Positions 25,135 through 38,215 of a DNA stretch of 64,000 nt are shown here, piece by piece. Position 1 is the stretch's first letter, and every line of letters begins with the position of its first letter. Under the pieces are notes generated by a model, which was not told the origin of the DNA, searched no databases, and saw nothing but the letters and a program-made list of their open reading frames with translations. A program made the translations under genes and the position numbers. The stretch is from Octopus bimaculoides (Eukaryota). The stretch spans positions 135,480,210 through 135,544,209 of the forward strand of contig NC_068983.1 of NCBI RefSeq assembly GCF_001194135.2. Direction: 5' to 3'.

Positions 25135-26285
25135 CATCATCATCGTTTAACGTCCGTTTTCCATGCTGGCATGGGTTGGACGGTTCGACTGAGGTCTGGA
25201 GAGCTAGTGGCTGCACCAGACTCCAATCTGATCTGGCAATGTTTCTGCAGCTACATGCCCTTCCTAACGTCAACCACTCCGAGAGTGTAGTAGGTGCTTT
25301 TTACGTACCACTGGCACAGGAGCCAGCCAGGCGGGCCTGGCATCAAACACATTCGGACAGTGCTTTTTATGTGCTACTGGCATGGGAGCCAGTCATGGAG
25401 TACTGGTATCAGCCACATTTGGATGATGCTTTTTATGTGCCACTGGCACAGGAACCAGTCAGGGGCTACTGGCATTGGACACGTTCAGATGGTGCTTTTT
25501 ATGTGCCACCAGCATGGGAGACAGTCAGACAGACCTGACATTGACCACATTCGGATGGTGCTTTTTACATGCCACTGGCATTGGAGCCAGTCTGGGGGTA
25601 CTGGCATTGGCCACATTCAGTTGGTGGTTTTTATATGCCACCAGCACGGGAGCCAGTCAGGCGGATCTGGCATTGACCACGTTCGGATGATGCTTTTTAC
25701 GTGCCACTGGCACGGGAGTCAGTCAGGGGGAACTGGCCATAGCTATGATATTTGTTTTACCTGACTCAACAGGTCTTCTCAAGCAAATCATATCGCCTGA
25801 CACATTAGGGGTATTCTTAACAGGGCCAGACATGTGTGGCTGCGATCTCACTTTAGTTGTGAGGTTTTCTCAATCAGCATATCTAGAAAGGTCCAGGTCT
25901 CCTGTCATTGCCCCCACTACAGACTTTGTTACCTAGGTAGCGGAAGCTATTAACTACTTCAAGTTTCTTCTGCAGGCATGTGATGGAATCTGTTTTCTGT
26001 ACATCTTCAGTGTTTATTACCCCAGTGTATCTGCCACACACAAAAACTATTTTCCCAGTTAGCCTTCCTTTGATATTGCTGCATTTTTTATGTGTCTGTA
26101 GCTTGTACTGGGTACATCATATGGAGCTTCTACTCATGCCTTTTCTACAGATCAAGCAGGGCCATCAACCTGAAGGGGATTGTGATTTGACAGCCTTCCT
26201 ACTTATTAAGGCCTTGGTTTTTGCTAGGTTAACCCTAAGGCCCTTCAATTCTAGACCTTGATTCCACACCCTAAACTTCGTCTCC
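25135..26285 (-). mobile_element. 5'-truncated RTE-type LINE with tandem repeats in its 3' UTR
   Basis: (GAT)n tail at 25135. 25930-26285 is the reverse complement of the 40430-40770 family. Confidence 0.8.
25294..25745. repeat. 66-bp tandem repeat, about 7 diverged units
   Basis: Units start at 25294, 25360, 25426, 25492, 25558, 25624 and 25690 (exact 66-bp period). Confidence 0.9.
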
Positions 26286-28300
26286 ATTTCTGGTAGTGAC
26301 TCATCCAATAAATTTTCTTGAGTCAGAAAAAAAGCAGGCACTCAGCTATTAGATATTATAGAGGTATATTATTATTATTTATAATAGCTATGTCTGATGA
26401 TTGTTACATTTGCCTTTCCAATTTTGGCATGAAACCATTCAGTAACATTAATTGGTTGTCATGAGACAAAAATATAATGTAAAGAAGAAGAGCAGCAGTG
26501 GTGGTGGTGGCGGCGGAGCATCATAGCCATGTTTTGAGAGGAATTTAGGGTTTGAATAATTCATCTCTGGAAACATTATCTTAACCCTTATTCAGGGACC
26601 TTTTGAGTGAGATGGGCTACTTAACCTGAAGAAAATTCTAACTGGGCCCCACCTGCAAGGTCATGCACTGTTTATCTTGATATGAGATCACAATGTTGTG
26701 CACATATGGTTGTGATGCATGTGCCTGATGTACCCTTATCTGACAGGTAGTCATGATGGGTATGTTGGGCTTCATATATTTATACCCCAGTGTCAGTTTG
26801 ATGGCATGCACTGCTCTCTCACACAATAATATCTTTTATTTTCCACCAGGGTGACGGATGAAGGGGACAATATAAAGACAAAAATAAAGTGTAAAGGTTT
26901 ACATATAATGCAATGATTAAAAAAATGTATACTTGCTATACATTACAAAATGTGAGGTATACATAGTATATGACAGTAAGAGAGAAAAAAAATGGTGATA
27001 GTGATGGTGTCCATCATACAAGATTCCCCTGAATACAAAAAACAAGTGCCTTCTCGAACTCCTTTCCTCCAATTCACAGGTAGTTTTCCTGTTTGCATCA
27101 CCATATATGTATATAGGAGGTGGGAGAGATGTGCCAGGTATTTGTAAACAAACTTTAGTGGGTCACAAATGGAAGGTGACCTTACACAGTATTATGTGGC
27201 ATGTGCCAAATTTTAACTTTTTCTTTCAAACTTATCAAAATGTGTGTGCGCTTGTATGCCAGTGCTGCCTGACTGACTCCCGTGCCTTTTTTATTGGATT
27301 CCAGTTCAGACACATTCATATAATTATAGGATGAAAGAGTAGTTTCAAGTTTGAAACCTACTATATGGATGGACATTTTTCTAAATGCTGAAGTATATTT
27401 AAGCAACTATGTGCAATATGTGTGTCACTGGGAGAAAAAAAGTGTTTTATATATGTATGTATTCCTGCTTGGGAAAAAGTACAAGCTCAAAGTTCTAGGA
27501 AGAACTATCTATATTTTCTTGTTGCAATGTAAGCAGTATCAATTCATCTTGGACCACATTACTATACAAGAGTACTTTTACTGGGTGCTTGCTTCATTTA
27601 AAATCAGATCAATTGCATGATTATGCTGCACCCCACATGAAGTAATATGTTCATATTTATCATCCATTGTCAAGCCTCTCTTATATCCTATTTTTCTTTG
27701 CTGTGTATATTGCCATCTTATTTTGTCAGACCAATAACTATTTATCAAACACATAACCTTCTTGAAGTTATAGATGTTTTGATAATTTCCATGAGGAATT
27801 TCCCACTTATATAATGAAATATTGTATTTTATTCTATTATACCAAATTTATATTTATGTATACAATTGTCATCTAAGAAATTGCTTTCTGAGCAAGTCAT
27901 GTCTCTACAGTACAATATGGATCCTATCGATTTATTTCAATCTCCAATACTTTATAATTATTTAATGCTGAAATATGAAGGCAAATCTTGATTGTATACT
28001 TATTAGTAAGTTGCTATAAGTTATAACAAAAAGACATCCACATCCAGACAAAAAGGGCAATCTCTGAGTACAGTGTGCCACTTTCACGTTTGTTGATACC
28101 AGTTTGGCAACTGCAAATCTCTTCATCTGCCCTGTACAATAGCCAAATTGGCCGTCCCCGTCCTTAATTGACTACAGCAAACAAGTATATTTAATTGGTC
28201 ACCCTGTGCGATTCGCGTACCCTACGCTACATCACTATTTTGCTATTTGCAATGACATGTTTTTGTAACTACTGAAAAGTTTTCCAAATGTACTATTCAC

Positions 28301-28387
28301 CTGCTTCAATTATTTCTTGACATGAGATCATTTTTGAGTCATTATCTGGGGAACATACTTGACGGTTAGCAGGATTTACGAAAGTTC
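28301..28387 (-). CDS. Candidate symmetric (phase 1-1) linker exon following the THAP exon
   Basis: Acceptor catggtag, donor GCAG|GTGAAT. 87 nt open frame GTFVNPANRQVCSPDNDSKMISCQEIIEA. Polypyrimidine tract is weak. Confidence 0.5.
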
Positions 28388-29567
28388 CTACCATGATCAA
28401 TAATACAGTAATTAAACGCATGTCATAATAATGACATTCTATCATACGAATGCTTATGAGCAATTGTATTTCCTATAATATTGAACAGTGTTTTCTGTTC
28501 TATATAGTACTTCTAGAAAACATTTCTTCGAGACTTCAATCACGTTCTCTCAATTAGACTCTTGCAAGGTTTGTGGAAATATTTCATTTATTTTGTATAA
28601 GACGTTCGTTTAATTGAATCCACCGGTAACAGTCGGGTCCTCGGAACCCAATAGCAAATACAGAACTCGTAGAAACATACAACTCTTTAATTATTCTGGT
28701 TTTGTCTACTTTATATTATTTAATTATTTTCATTTATATCAATGCTATTTTATAGAAAAAAAGACATTTTTCTTACTGAAACAATAAACGATATCCAACT
28801 GCACGCCATCTCCGGTATATTTTGCAAATTGCAATAAGCCTTTTTCTTACAAACAACACTAAAAGGCTGCGAAATATCGAGTTTCTCTTCACAAGCCATG
28901 CAGTGAATACGTGCTTCACCCATTCAATATGCTGAACGTTGTTTACGCAGTCCGGTGCTTAGCTAGTCAAGTAATAACGAGTTTTGTGAAAGTGAAAATG
29001 GTACTTTATACTGTAACATCGCTCAAATTTATATTTCATTTTGAACAACATAAAATAAAATTTTCTGATCACCGATGAAATTACACCAAAACTTTGAAAT
29101 AAAGATTTTTTTGCAATCCACTACGAATAATTGGCAGCCGACTGCCAAAGCTGAACTTTAAAAAAATGAAATGGGTACGTTATATTCAAAGATCGCCAAT
29201 CAAAAATATTAGTTGGTGAACATTCACACAATAATTTCTATTTTACATTTCTGTTGGAATAATAAACGCCTAATTTTACCTCAATCAAAAAATTTAAAAA
29301 ATTTAATGTTGTTACAAGAGTCGAGTTACGTCCCATTATACTCAAACGACAAAACTTTAGACTCACTTCTATCGGTTACGCTCCAAAAAAATCCCCTAAG
29401 CTAAATAAGTTCGTACGGAGACGTCGACGAAAAAAATTCCTCCGCGCCCACAAAACAAGGAAAATATACAATTTAGTAATAGAAAGTTAACGAAACATAG
29501 ATATAGATTAACTCGTTTACGAGCATGAGTTTGTGTTTTAAGGAAGCTAGGGAATAAACAATCGTAC

Positions 29568-29820
29568 CTTGGATTGGAAGATTCAGAGTCGGAATGCTGC
29601 TGTGCAGTAAGCTATTCTGGTTATCAACAAAATGGAGACTACAAATGCTATGCTCCCTAGTTATGTGCTTCACGTCGTTGGCATCGAGGGGGTCGTAACC
29701 AGCCAATCTAACCCAGATTGTTCGGAGCTGTATGTTGTCCCAAGGTAGTAGAAAAAATGTTATTGACTTGTCTATGCGACTGTTCGAGTGACAGCCTTTA
29801 ACAATACAGTCGGACGGCAT
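29568..29820 (-). CDS. THAP zinc-finger domain, first coding exon
   Basis: MPSDCIVKGC...TFFLLPWD..LRTIWV...SICSLHF...LLHSSIPTLNLP fits the C2CH THAP signature with conserved P, W, F and P. Donor CAAG|GTACGA, phase 1. Confidence 0.85.
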
Positions 29821-30012
29821 AATAGAAATTCATTTAAACCCTGCCGCATTACAAAACATTATGAAAGTTGAGAAAATGTCCTAAGTTGGAGACTAGTTGT
29901 TTCCAATGAATATAAAAGTGAGATAATAACATTGTTGCCTTATAAGTATTAAATAACAGATTTTTTTTTGTATAGCGGAGCTAAGCGTAAAGTATGGAAG
30001 GCAATAAGTATA

Positions 30013-30020
30013 TCACGTGA
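30013..30020. promoter_or_regulatory. Palindromic E-box (GTCACGTGAT) about 200 bp upstream of the THAP ATG
   Basis: TCACGTGA in a CpG-retaining stretch; function is inferred only. Confidence 0.3.
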
Positions 30021-30100
30021 CTGTCGGTGAGCTAAGTTACGGAATACAAATTATAATCAAATAGGTAGCGTGTAGGTAATGCTTAGTTAGTTAAGAAAAT

Positions 30101-30848
30101 GGATCTTTTTGGTTTGACGGGCAACACTTGTTTTCTAAACGAAACACTTTCAAACTTGGGATACTGGTAGAATGTGTCATATAAAACATCTTTTTCTCTT
30201 AGCCTTCTTAACAAAAATGAGTTCTTAATAAGTTATTTCATGTTAAAGTTGTCGTATTTCTGTAATTTCAACCAATCACTGACGTCTATTCAGCTGAATA
30301 CAGTTACTTCTCTTTTTATAAACAATAATTTTTACCGGTGTCAAGACTGTTATTCCCTGTTTAATTATATCATTATTCCCTAGTCAGGGGTTAGGGTTAT
30401 GGTTATGAGTTATAGGGTTAGGGTTATGAGTGAGGTTACGGCAAAAATAATCATAACCCTAACCGTAATCCTAAAACTAACCCTAACTCTAAAACCCTAA
30501 CCCTAAAACTAAAACCAGTACAAACGCACTAACGATGTCATAAATAAGAGTAACACGGGTAGTTGTTGTTGACAAACAACGGCATTAATTTTATTCAAGG
30601 GAAAAAATCCCATGACACCGTTGTTTACATTCCACGGCAGTAATTGTTTTCACCTCAATAGACGTCAGTGATTGGTTGAAATTACCGAAATACGACAACT
30701 TTTTACACGAAATAACTTTGAATACAAAATTTTTTATCTGTTCTATAACACAAAATATACAAGTATACGAAGTTTGAAAGTGTTACGGTACCAAAAACAC
30801 TACATAAAACATAAATGAAAAATGTTGCCCGTCAAACCAAAACGATCC
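30101..30848. mobile_element. MITE with long TIRs and internal TTAGGG/CCCTAA repeats
   Basis: GGATCTTTTTGGTTTGACGGGCAACA at 30101 versus TGTTGCCCGTCAAACCAAAACGATCC ending at 30848. Inner inverted blocks 30250-30290 and 30657-30710. Telomere-like repeats at 30383-30505. Related right-end fragment at 34740-34930. Confidence 0.85.
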
Positions 30849-32111
30849 TTGAATTTTTGTATCTATTCCGATAAAAGATATTCCCTATTTCTTTCCGTAA
30901 TGTTTTTTCTTAGTGATATATACTTTATGCTAATCTGCACCAACAAAATGTTTTTATTGTTAATTTAGTAGGGCGGTGGTATAGGGCAGGTTTAGCAAAA
31001 GTTGAAACATTCTCGTAACAATTTCAAGTTTTTGCATTAAGTTTAGCCATGCTGTTTCTTATTAGTTTCATTGAAATCTAAACGTTTCATTTTACTGATC
31101 ATAATTATATATAAAGAACTAATAATAGAGCAATAAAGTTTATGAAATACTACACGTGTTCAATTTCAGCTCTTCAAGAAACTGGCCAAAACTATAACAC
31201 AGGTACTGCACATATTTTCTTTTAAATGTTTTAAAATTAATGCTGCATTTATTATTTTGAATAAAACCTAAGTTTTTGCCACCTCTTTGACGAGTATAGA
31301 TAGAATAATGCGTTTTAAAACTAAATTTATTAAATTGCAAAAAAATTTGATTTAGCAAAAAATAAATTAAGATATAAAATAGGGGAAAATGTTTCCCCTT
31401 GTCGTTAATGTTAAATTACTTGGAGCATCCCTGCGACGTAAACCGTGCGGCATTGCATCATAGACTTGAAGGTAATTTTCTCATATTGTTAATTGCAGAT
31501 GTTGATTTATCTGATTGCACGACGCGCTGCTTTATATTTTCAATTGCTTTTAAAGCACAAATACTATTCAGATCTAGTGGATAAGAATAGTTACGAGGAA
31601 GGTTTCTTCTGGATAACATCAAGACACGTCACAATTCTAGATTTTCACTCAGAATGATTCTCACATCTTCAGTAAACACGAAGTTCTCGTTTCCTGCTAA
31701 CAACACGCGAAATAAACATCGGAGATGCTTTGCCCCACGCAGAAACTACAGTAGCTACTCAGAGGTTTTGCAAACTCTGAATCCAACGTAATATTAAAAA
31801 CAATTCCGTATCGTCAGCTGGCATCTCATTGTCAAGAGCGTTTCGCTCTTTAGCCTAAAAGCTTCGTCTGAGTTGGGCAGCAGAAGGGTTCCACTTGAGG
31901 TCTCATAGCCACCTTGAGCTGGTTTCATCTACAGTGACTAACTGGCTTTCTTCAGTTGTTTGGGTTCCAGATCAATCTTCTGGAAGAAATAGTGCACTGA
32001 TATAGGGCTTTCCTATAAGTAGGTTATCTCCCTTGGCTAGGCGGCGCTCCATGTAGATAATTAAACTTCCGGAGGCTAACCCATGCCATTGTTATTGTTT
32101 TACGTCTTATC

Positions 32112-32616
32112 ATGGATATAAAGCAGCTTGATGATTCAGCTATCGAAGTACTTACTGTGCCTGAGTTAAAGAAATATTTAAGATTATATGGACAGTATGT
32201 TACTGGAAGAAAGGCGGANNNNNNNNNNNNNNNNNNNNNNNNNNNNNNNNNNNNNNNNNNNNNNNNNNNNNNNNNNNNNNNNNNNNNNNNNNNGAAGCTT
32301 ATATCTCCTTTCGGTGAAGTATTGCCTGATCTAAAGATCTTTGTAAGTTGCCGAATTTCACAGATAATGACATAATTACCTCGTGTTACGGATGAAATCA
32401 AAGCAACAGTTAAGGAGTGGCATATTTTACCACGACAGACACGTACACAGCAACGAATACCACGATGTGAGTGAAAGCTGCTCTCACTGTATTGTCCAGT
32501 GTCTGGTAATCCCTTCGATACCGACATCAAACCAAAAAAAGAATCCTGACCACAGAGTGTGGGTAATTATGTCAAATGTCACTGGCAATGTGCATTCAGC
32601 TGATTGCAACTGTTAA
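32112..32616 (+). pseudogene. SAP-domain plus SWIM-like protein fragment, frameshifted and truncated (probable DNA-transposon accessory gene, ISL2EU/Kolobok type)
   Basis: LTVPELKKYLRLYGQYVTGRKA is SAP-like. DRHVHS...CSHC...VWVIMSNVTGNVHSADCNC is the start of a SWIM CxC motif. Frame changes after the gap, and the ORF stops at the Hero LINE junction. Confidence 0.6.
32219..32293. other. Assembly gap (N run)
   Basis: Run of N. Confidence 1.
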
Positions 32617-33050
32617 AGCAAGTCACTGAGCATGCGTACATGTCATACGTACATGCCACCCATCCCTAGACAAGGTTTCGACCTGATATTCGGTTTCCTT
32701 AAGTTGGCGAGAAATATCGAGTCTGTCCTCTCAGAGTGCTGTAAGTTCGAACATGATGACTATTTTGTACTCCTGGAGAGCGAGAACATGTCTGGTCGGA
32801 GTGATGTTACCGCTAAATCCTTTGGGAAGACGAGTTTGTCCTTCAGATCCACTTGCATCTCTCAGTCTGATATTGGATGCAAAATGAAAAACGAGTGCTC
32901 TGTCATAGTTTTCGACGTAAGAGCCTTGCCATTTTCCCTCAAGAATCCAATACCCTAGAGTGGTGATATGTTGTTTGTTAAACTTAGCCTTTGTCGGTCT
33001 GTCCACTAATCCTTCAAGCAAAAGTTTCCTTCTTATTAATCACAAATTCC
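32617..33050 (-). mobile_element. Hero/R2-group LINE restriction-like endonuclease remnant
   Basis: Across frames: DLKDKLVFPKDLAVTSLRPDMF, IVIMFELTAL*EDR and KETEYQ..L..DGW, matching the RPD..ELT.PWE..K..KY..L...GW RLE motif. Confidence 0.7.
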
Positions 33051-34376
33051 ATTAAAAAACAAAAAAAACAGAATGGTTGAAAAATTTATCTCAGTCTAAG
33101 CAAACTTCGCAATTGTGAAGTAATACAACAGTGAAATACGTTTTATGTTATGAGGAAAGAAACAGATCTAAAGTTCGGACATGTGTCCTTCGGAGAGTGG
33201 GCAGGAGAAAACAGTGATCAACAATTAGTTAAAGGCAAAAAAAAAAAATGTAAAGTTGTAGTAGGATGGATATGGAGGTAGAAGGTAATTGCATTATGTT
33301 ACTGTTCAGCATTTATGATTAACAAGTTGGTATATCAATCCAGAAGATGCTTCCTCCAAGCAAGCTTAAGCATTTATACTCCAACAGGATGCGAGCAATG
33401 TATATAACGATCTTACACACACGTCTACAGGTTTTACAATCGTAGAGTTGCTAACTACAAATAAAACTGATCTTTAAAGAAACAAAAATATCTACATGTA
33501 ATCAATATGTGTTTCAAACATTATATTAAAATAACGATGTGTGTATACATTATTGTCAATGTTTATTTTATTTAACATTTTTAATGTCAGCACTTTATCC
33601 CAGTACCCTATATTTAGCACCGTCGGGGAATAAATTGCAGTCAACAATAGACATAGTTTCTACATACAATGCGAACCAGAATGTAGGTTATTATTTTTTT
33701 TATATAACATATTTGATATTTTAGTACATAATTAAATAACGATTTAAAATTTGTATATTTCCTAAAATTAGTGTTCGTAAAGTGACTTCGGCTAGAAATA
33801 AAACTTTTGCAAAGTAAGGTTTTTACATTCTAACAGCAGAGAAAGTTGTTAACTTTTAAGTTTTAAATTAACTTTTCAAAGTATTCATATTTTATTAATA
33901 ACATATTTTTAAAATTAAAACTACGGCTCTGTTCTATGTTTTTATTTAGAATTTTTCCGTATTTTCTGAATTCTTCACAGGATTGTTACATTATAGAAAG
34001 TGTTTCCCAAATTGCAATATCGCGCCAAATTGCAATATCGCCCACCTGTGTAAAAAAAAAACCCGACACAAACTCCCATAGCCCCCCCCCCCCGTATCAT
34101 TTGACACACACCATATCGTAGACTCGACTCGTTGGCCTCTTAGTGCCGTTTGTACTAAATATGCAGTTGTTTACAAATCCCTCATTGTGGGTTTAGTATT
34201 GCCATTAGTGTCAATAAAATTCTAATGTTAGCTCTATATTATGCAGACAGATTAACTTCTGGAAACTTGCGCTTTCTTTTATACCAATTTTCATTTTCCC
34301 CAAATGAACCACTAATCAGAACTACCGATGCAAAAATAATTAATGATTGTATTTTAAAGGAAAAGAATAAAACTTT

Positions 34377-34715
34377 TTAATGAGAACCATGTGACTGGTG
34401 CGATGCAGCTAGTGCAGTTACATTCGGTTTCAAACTTGTTAACTTTAGACGCAAGTCTCCTCGTTGTGTCACATCCAGTCCAATTCTTTTTTGGGAAAGT
34501 AAAGTCCCAACATGGTTAAAACCAGATTTAACCAGGTATGAGGTGGGGAAAGCAAGCAAAAGTAATTTCAGATGTTTCCACATCTTGAAATCGCTCCACC
34601 TTGTTATCGTGCAATGATTGTAAATAGTTGCGATATGCAGTTAAATCCTCATCAACCAATATATCTTTTTAATAATCAAGTTGTGGAAATTGATGGAATT
34701 GACGTTTTGAAATGT
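34377..34715 (-). mobile_element. hAT (Buster/Charlie-type) transposase C-terminal fragment, internally deleted
   Basis: LLAFPTSYLVKSGFNHV..LLSQKR..LDVTQRGDLRLKLT..HQSHGSH, with upstream RQFHQFPQL..DEDLTAYRNYLQSLHD..ERFQD. Confidence 0.75.
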
Positions 34716-35715
34716 TAGTCTTGTACAAAACCAATTATGAAATGAAAGTACTTCAGCTTACCGAATACGACAACTTTAACACGAAATAACTTTGAAAATA
34801 TAAACTTTTTTCAACATCACTAAGAGTGAAAGATGTTTTATATGACATATTCTATCAGTGTCCGAAGTTTGAAAGTGTTTAGTCACAAAAAATTAATTTC
34901 TCGATGTGCCGTTCAAAGGGAAAAGATCCAACACGTTTAAAAAAATTCTTTTTGTGCGTGACTGCACATTTTGTCAACATCCTGAAAATAGCGCTTGTGT
35001 TTTGATATGAAACCACAGAATTACGCACGACATATAACCCCTCATAACTTTTTTTATTTTTCGGAGTTTTCGGGAAATTTTTGCGAATTTGAATTCTACA
35101 CGCGGAACTTCATTTGAATTCCACACACAGGACTTCATACGATTATGCAAAAAAAAAAAAAAAAAAATGCAGTGGAGTGTGATTTAAGGTCTAGGCCTAT
35201 TTGGCTGCTATTTTTAGCACGCATGACAACCATCTCAATGACTGCGACAAAAATATTCAATCGATAAACAAGTCCGCGTTTTTAATACAAGTCCATGCAG
35301 ACTTTTAAACTATCTCCTGCGGAGTGCCAATTGGGCCTGCAGCCCAAAACTAGAGAGCTAAATAACATGACTTTAATACGTCTGTAATGACTATATATGC
35401 CCTGGTGGTATTTGATCAGAGGTTAAGGACGGATGAGAATTAATTCTGCCATGCAATCACTGTATTGTTCCAGTCCCAAGTTGAATTCCAACTGTTGGCC
35501 AATTTGTCCCAAAGTTCCTATCTTGAGAGAATGTCATTTATCTCCCCTTTGATCTCTGACGGCATCTGACAAATGCCGCCAAGATGGCGTGAATCAGCCA
35601 AGCTTCACTGCTAGAAATAGCAATCCAAAGGCTTTTAAATCAGATCCCAGTGCTGGATGTTTAAGAACCAAATGAAGGGCAACATTTCAATCCCGGGATC
35701 ATCCTGATTGCAGAA

Positions 35716-36340
35716 AGGACATTATTACCCAGAAACGAAATCGGAAAAAAAAAAAAAAATAGTGCAAGGGTGTAAAAAAAAGAGGTGTAGGAAATGAATA
35801 TGAAAACTAAAAATGCACGGAAAACAATGGGAGTGGGTAGGGAGAGGCCTTCATAAAACTCACAAGATCCGAGTTTTTCCCTCATAACTTTTAGGAAAAT
35901 GGGTTTTTTTTTAATGAAGGGGTTTGCAGTACATTAGGCATCCATAATGCATGCCGTTTGAAAGGTATATATATACAATTTCATTAAAAGATATCCATTT
36001 TCCTTAGTTACGAGGAAAAAAATTGGATCTTGGGAATTTTCTGAAGTCCTCTCCCTACCTCTTCAGAAAAGATTTTACCCATAAATTTCATTATAATCGT
36101 AATGTATGTCGTTTGGAAGGTATTTATATAAAATTTCATTAAAAAAAAACCCCATTTTCCTAAAAGTTATGAGGGAAAAACTCGGATCTTGTGAATTTTC
36201 CGAAGTCCTCTCCCCACCCCCTTGTTGCTTTCTGCACATTTTTGTTTTCATATTTGTCTTTTACATCTTTTTTTTTACACCCATTGCACTATTTTGTTTT
36301 TTCAATTTCGTTTCCGAGTAATAATGTCAACATTAACCCC
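35716..36340. mobile_element. Foldback-type element with about 200-bp imperfect terminal inverted repeats
   Basis: 35716-35918 pairs with 36136-36330 (shared block cacaagatccgagtttttccctcataacttttaggaaaatggg). Same family as 22850-23625. Confidence 0.85.
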
Positions 36341-37783
36341 AAAAAGGTATAATATGTCTATGTGCAGCAAATGTAGGCTGAGATACAGGGGTCGCAGATG
36401 GACAGACAGGATTTTGCTTTTATTATCATAGATGATAAGATGCAATTTGAGGGAGATGTGACAACTATTTCTAGCAGGATGAGTGACTGGATAGTGGTTC
36501 TCTTAATCAGGGGTAATATGAATGATAGTAGGGTGGTGGTGGTGGCAGTAATGATACAAGTGTTATTGGAGGTGACAATGGTCGTAAATAGTCCCTTGGC
36601 CAAAGTCCAGGTTGACTTATGATCTGAACAATGCAGTTTATATGAAGTGTCATGTGTTGATGGTAGAAGGTATCCACGATAAATATTGACTCAAGAAAAA
36701 TCTAAGCTAGAACTTGAAATAGTTAAACCTCATGGAGATGACATAAAAAATATGTTAAATAGAAACTAAAATGATGATTAATGCTTCAGATATCAAATCT
36801 GTTGTTTTTTTTCTCATATATATTTTCAGCTCATCTATAACCAAGCTATCTTTTGGATTTTTCTTACACACCCAACAGAAAATTAATCAAATCCTCTCAA
36901 AGTGATATTTGCGTCATTGCTAACTTCATGCATTATACTTTGTGACTTAAGACTGGAAACCTATTACAATCTAAATATTCCCCCAAATTTTTTCTACACT
37001 TACGGATTTTGGCCACTATAATTTACTTATGCAGTCATGAAAATATCTTGTAGCCATAGTCTGTGAAGTTCTTTGTGTTACCCAATTTTAAAAGATCATA
37101 GAAAATAGAAGATAAATAAGTTTTTCTTTCACTTTCTATTTAATGACTGGAAGAATCTAGTATATAAGTTATAGCTCTTTAGAATAGGATTTTACTGCAT
37201 TAATTAGATATTAGACAACTTAATACCAATATCAGTGTTTCTGTGTCCTTTTCATTTGATATTTTTTCACAGCAAAGTGAAAAAAAATCCTACTCTCAAT
37301 GAGAATATGAAAGTGTAATAGGTATGGATGAGAAGAATGAAACTTGCTTACCCCTCCATTCTGTAACTGGAAGAAATATCTGACTCAATATTACCAAAAT
37401 TTGAATCCCACAGTTTCATTACTTTTGCATACACTGAAGTGGATATTTAAAACTATGAAACCATGTAAACATATGTGACAAAAAGTAAATCCTTTGGTGG
37501 GTTGGTTGGATGGATATAATGGGTCTGACAAACAGAGGTAGCAAAACACAATTATTGTAAAAACCTATTTTACAGGCCTTTACACTGCTAGCTTGTTATA
37601 AAATGTATGTATTAGAAACAAAAAAATATTGAATAATACTTATGCCACTATTTCAATGGCTTTCCAACCATTGACCATACAACTATACCATTTAGTTTTC
37701 AGCTCAGTAAAGTCTTCTAGTGATATAACTAATCCTGGGACATAATACAATGGATATATAATATTTTAAGCTCATGAATTTGT

Positions 37784-38131
37784 TACTCTTTTACTTGTTT
37801 CAGTCTTTTGACTGTGGCCATGCTGGAGCACCGCCTTTTAGTCGAGCAAATCGACCCCAGGACTTATTCTTTAGAAGCTTAGTACTTATTCTATCAATCT
37901 CTTTTGCCGAACCGCTATGTTACGGGGACATAAACACACCAGCATCGGTTGTCAAGCGATGTTGGGGGGACAAACACACACATACAAACATACACACACA
38001 CATACATATATATATATATACATATATACGACGGGCTTCTTTCAGTTTCCGTCTACGAAATCCACTCACAAGGCTTTGGTTGGCCCGAGGCTATAGTAGA
38101 AGACACTTGCCCAAGATGCCGCGCAGTGGGA
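37784..38131 (-). mobile_element. tRNA-derived SINE, head cut by gap
   Basis: Close match to 46044-46499, including the internal CA/TA microsatellite. Confidence 0.85.
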
Positions 38132-38215
38132 NNNNNNNNNNNNNNNNNNNNNNNNNNNNNNNNNNNNNNNNNNNNNNNNNNNNNNNNNNNNNNNNNNNNN
38201 NNNNNNNNNNNNNNN
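38132..38215. other. Assembly gap (N run)
   Basis: Run of N. Confidence 1.

Noticed and set aside
25294-25745. CRISPR-like periodicity and overlapping ORFs 25176-25764
   Set aside because: Whole units are homologous with no unique spacers, there are no cas genes, and the context is a eukaryotic LINE. ORFs arise because 66 is a multiple of 3.
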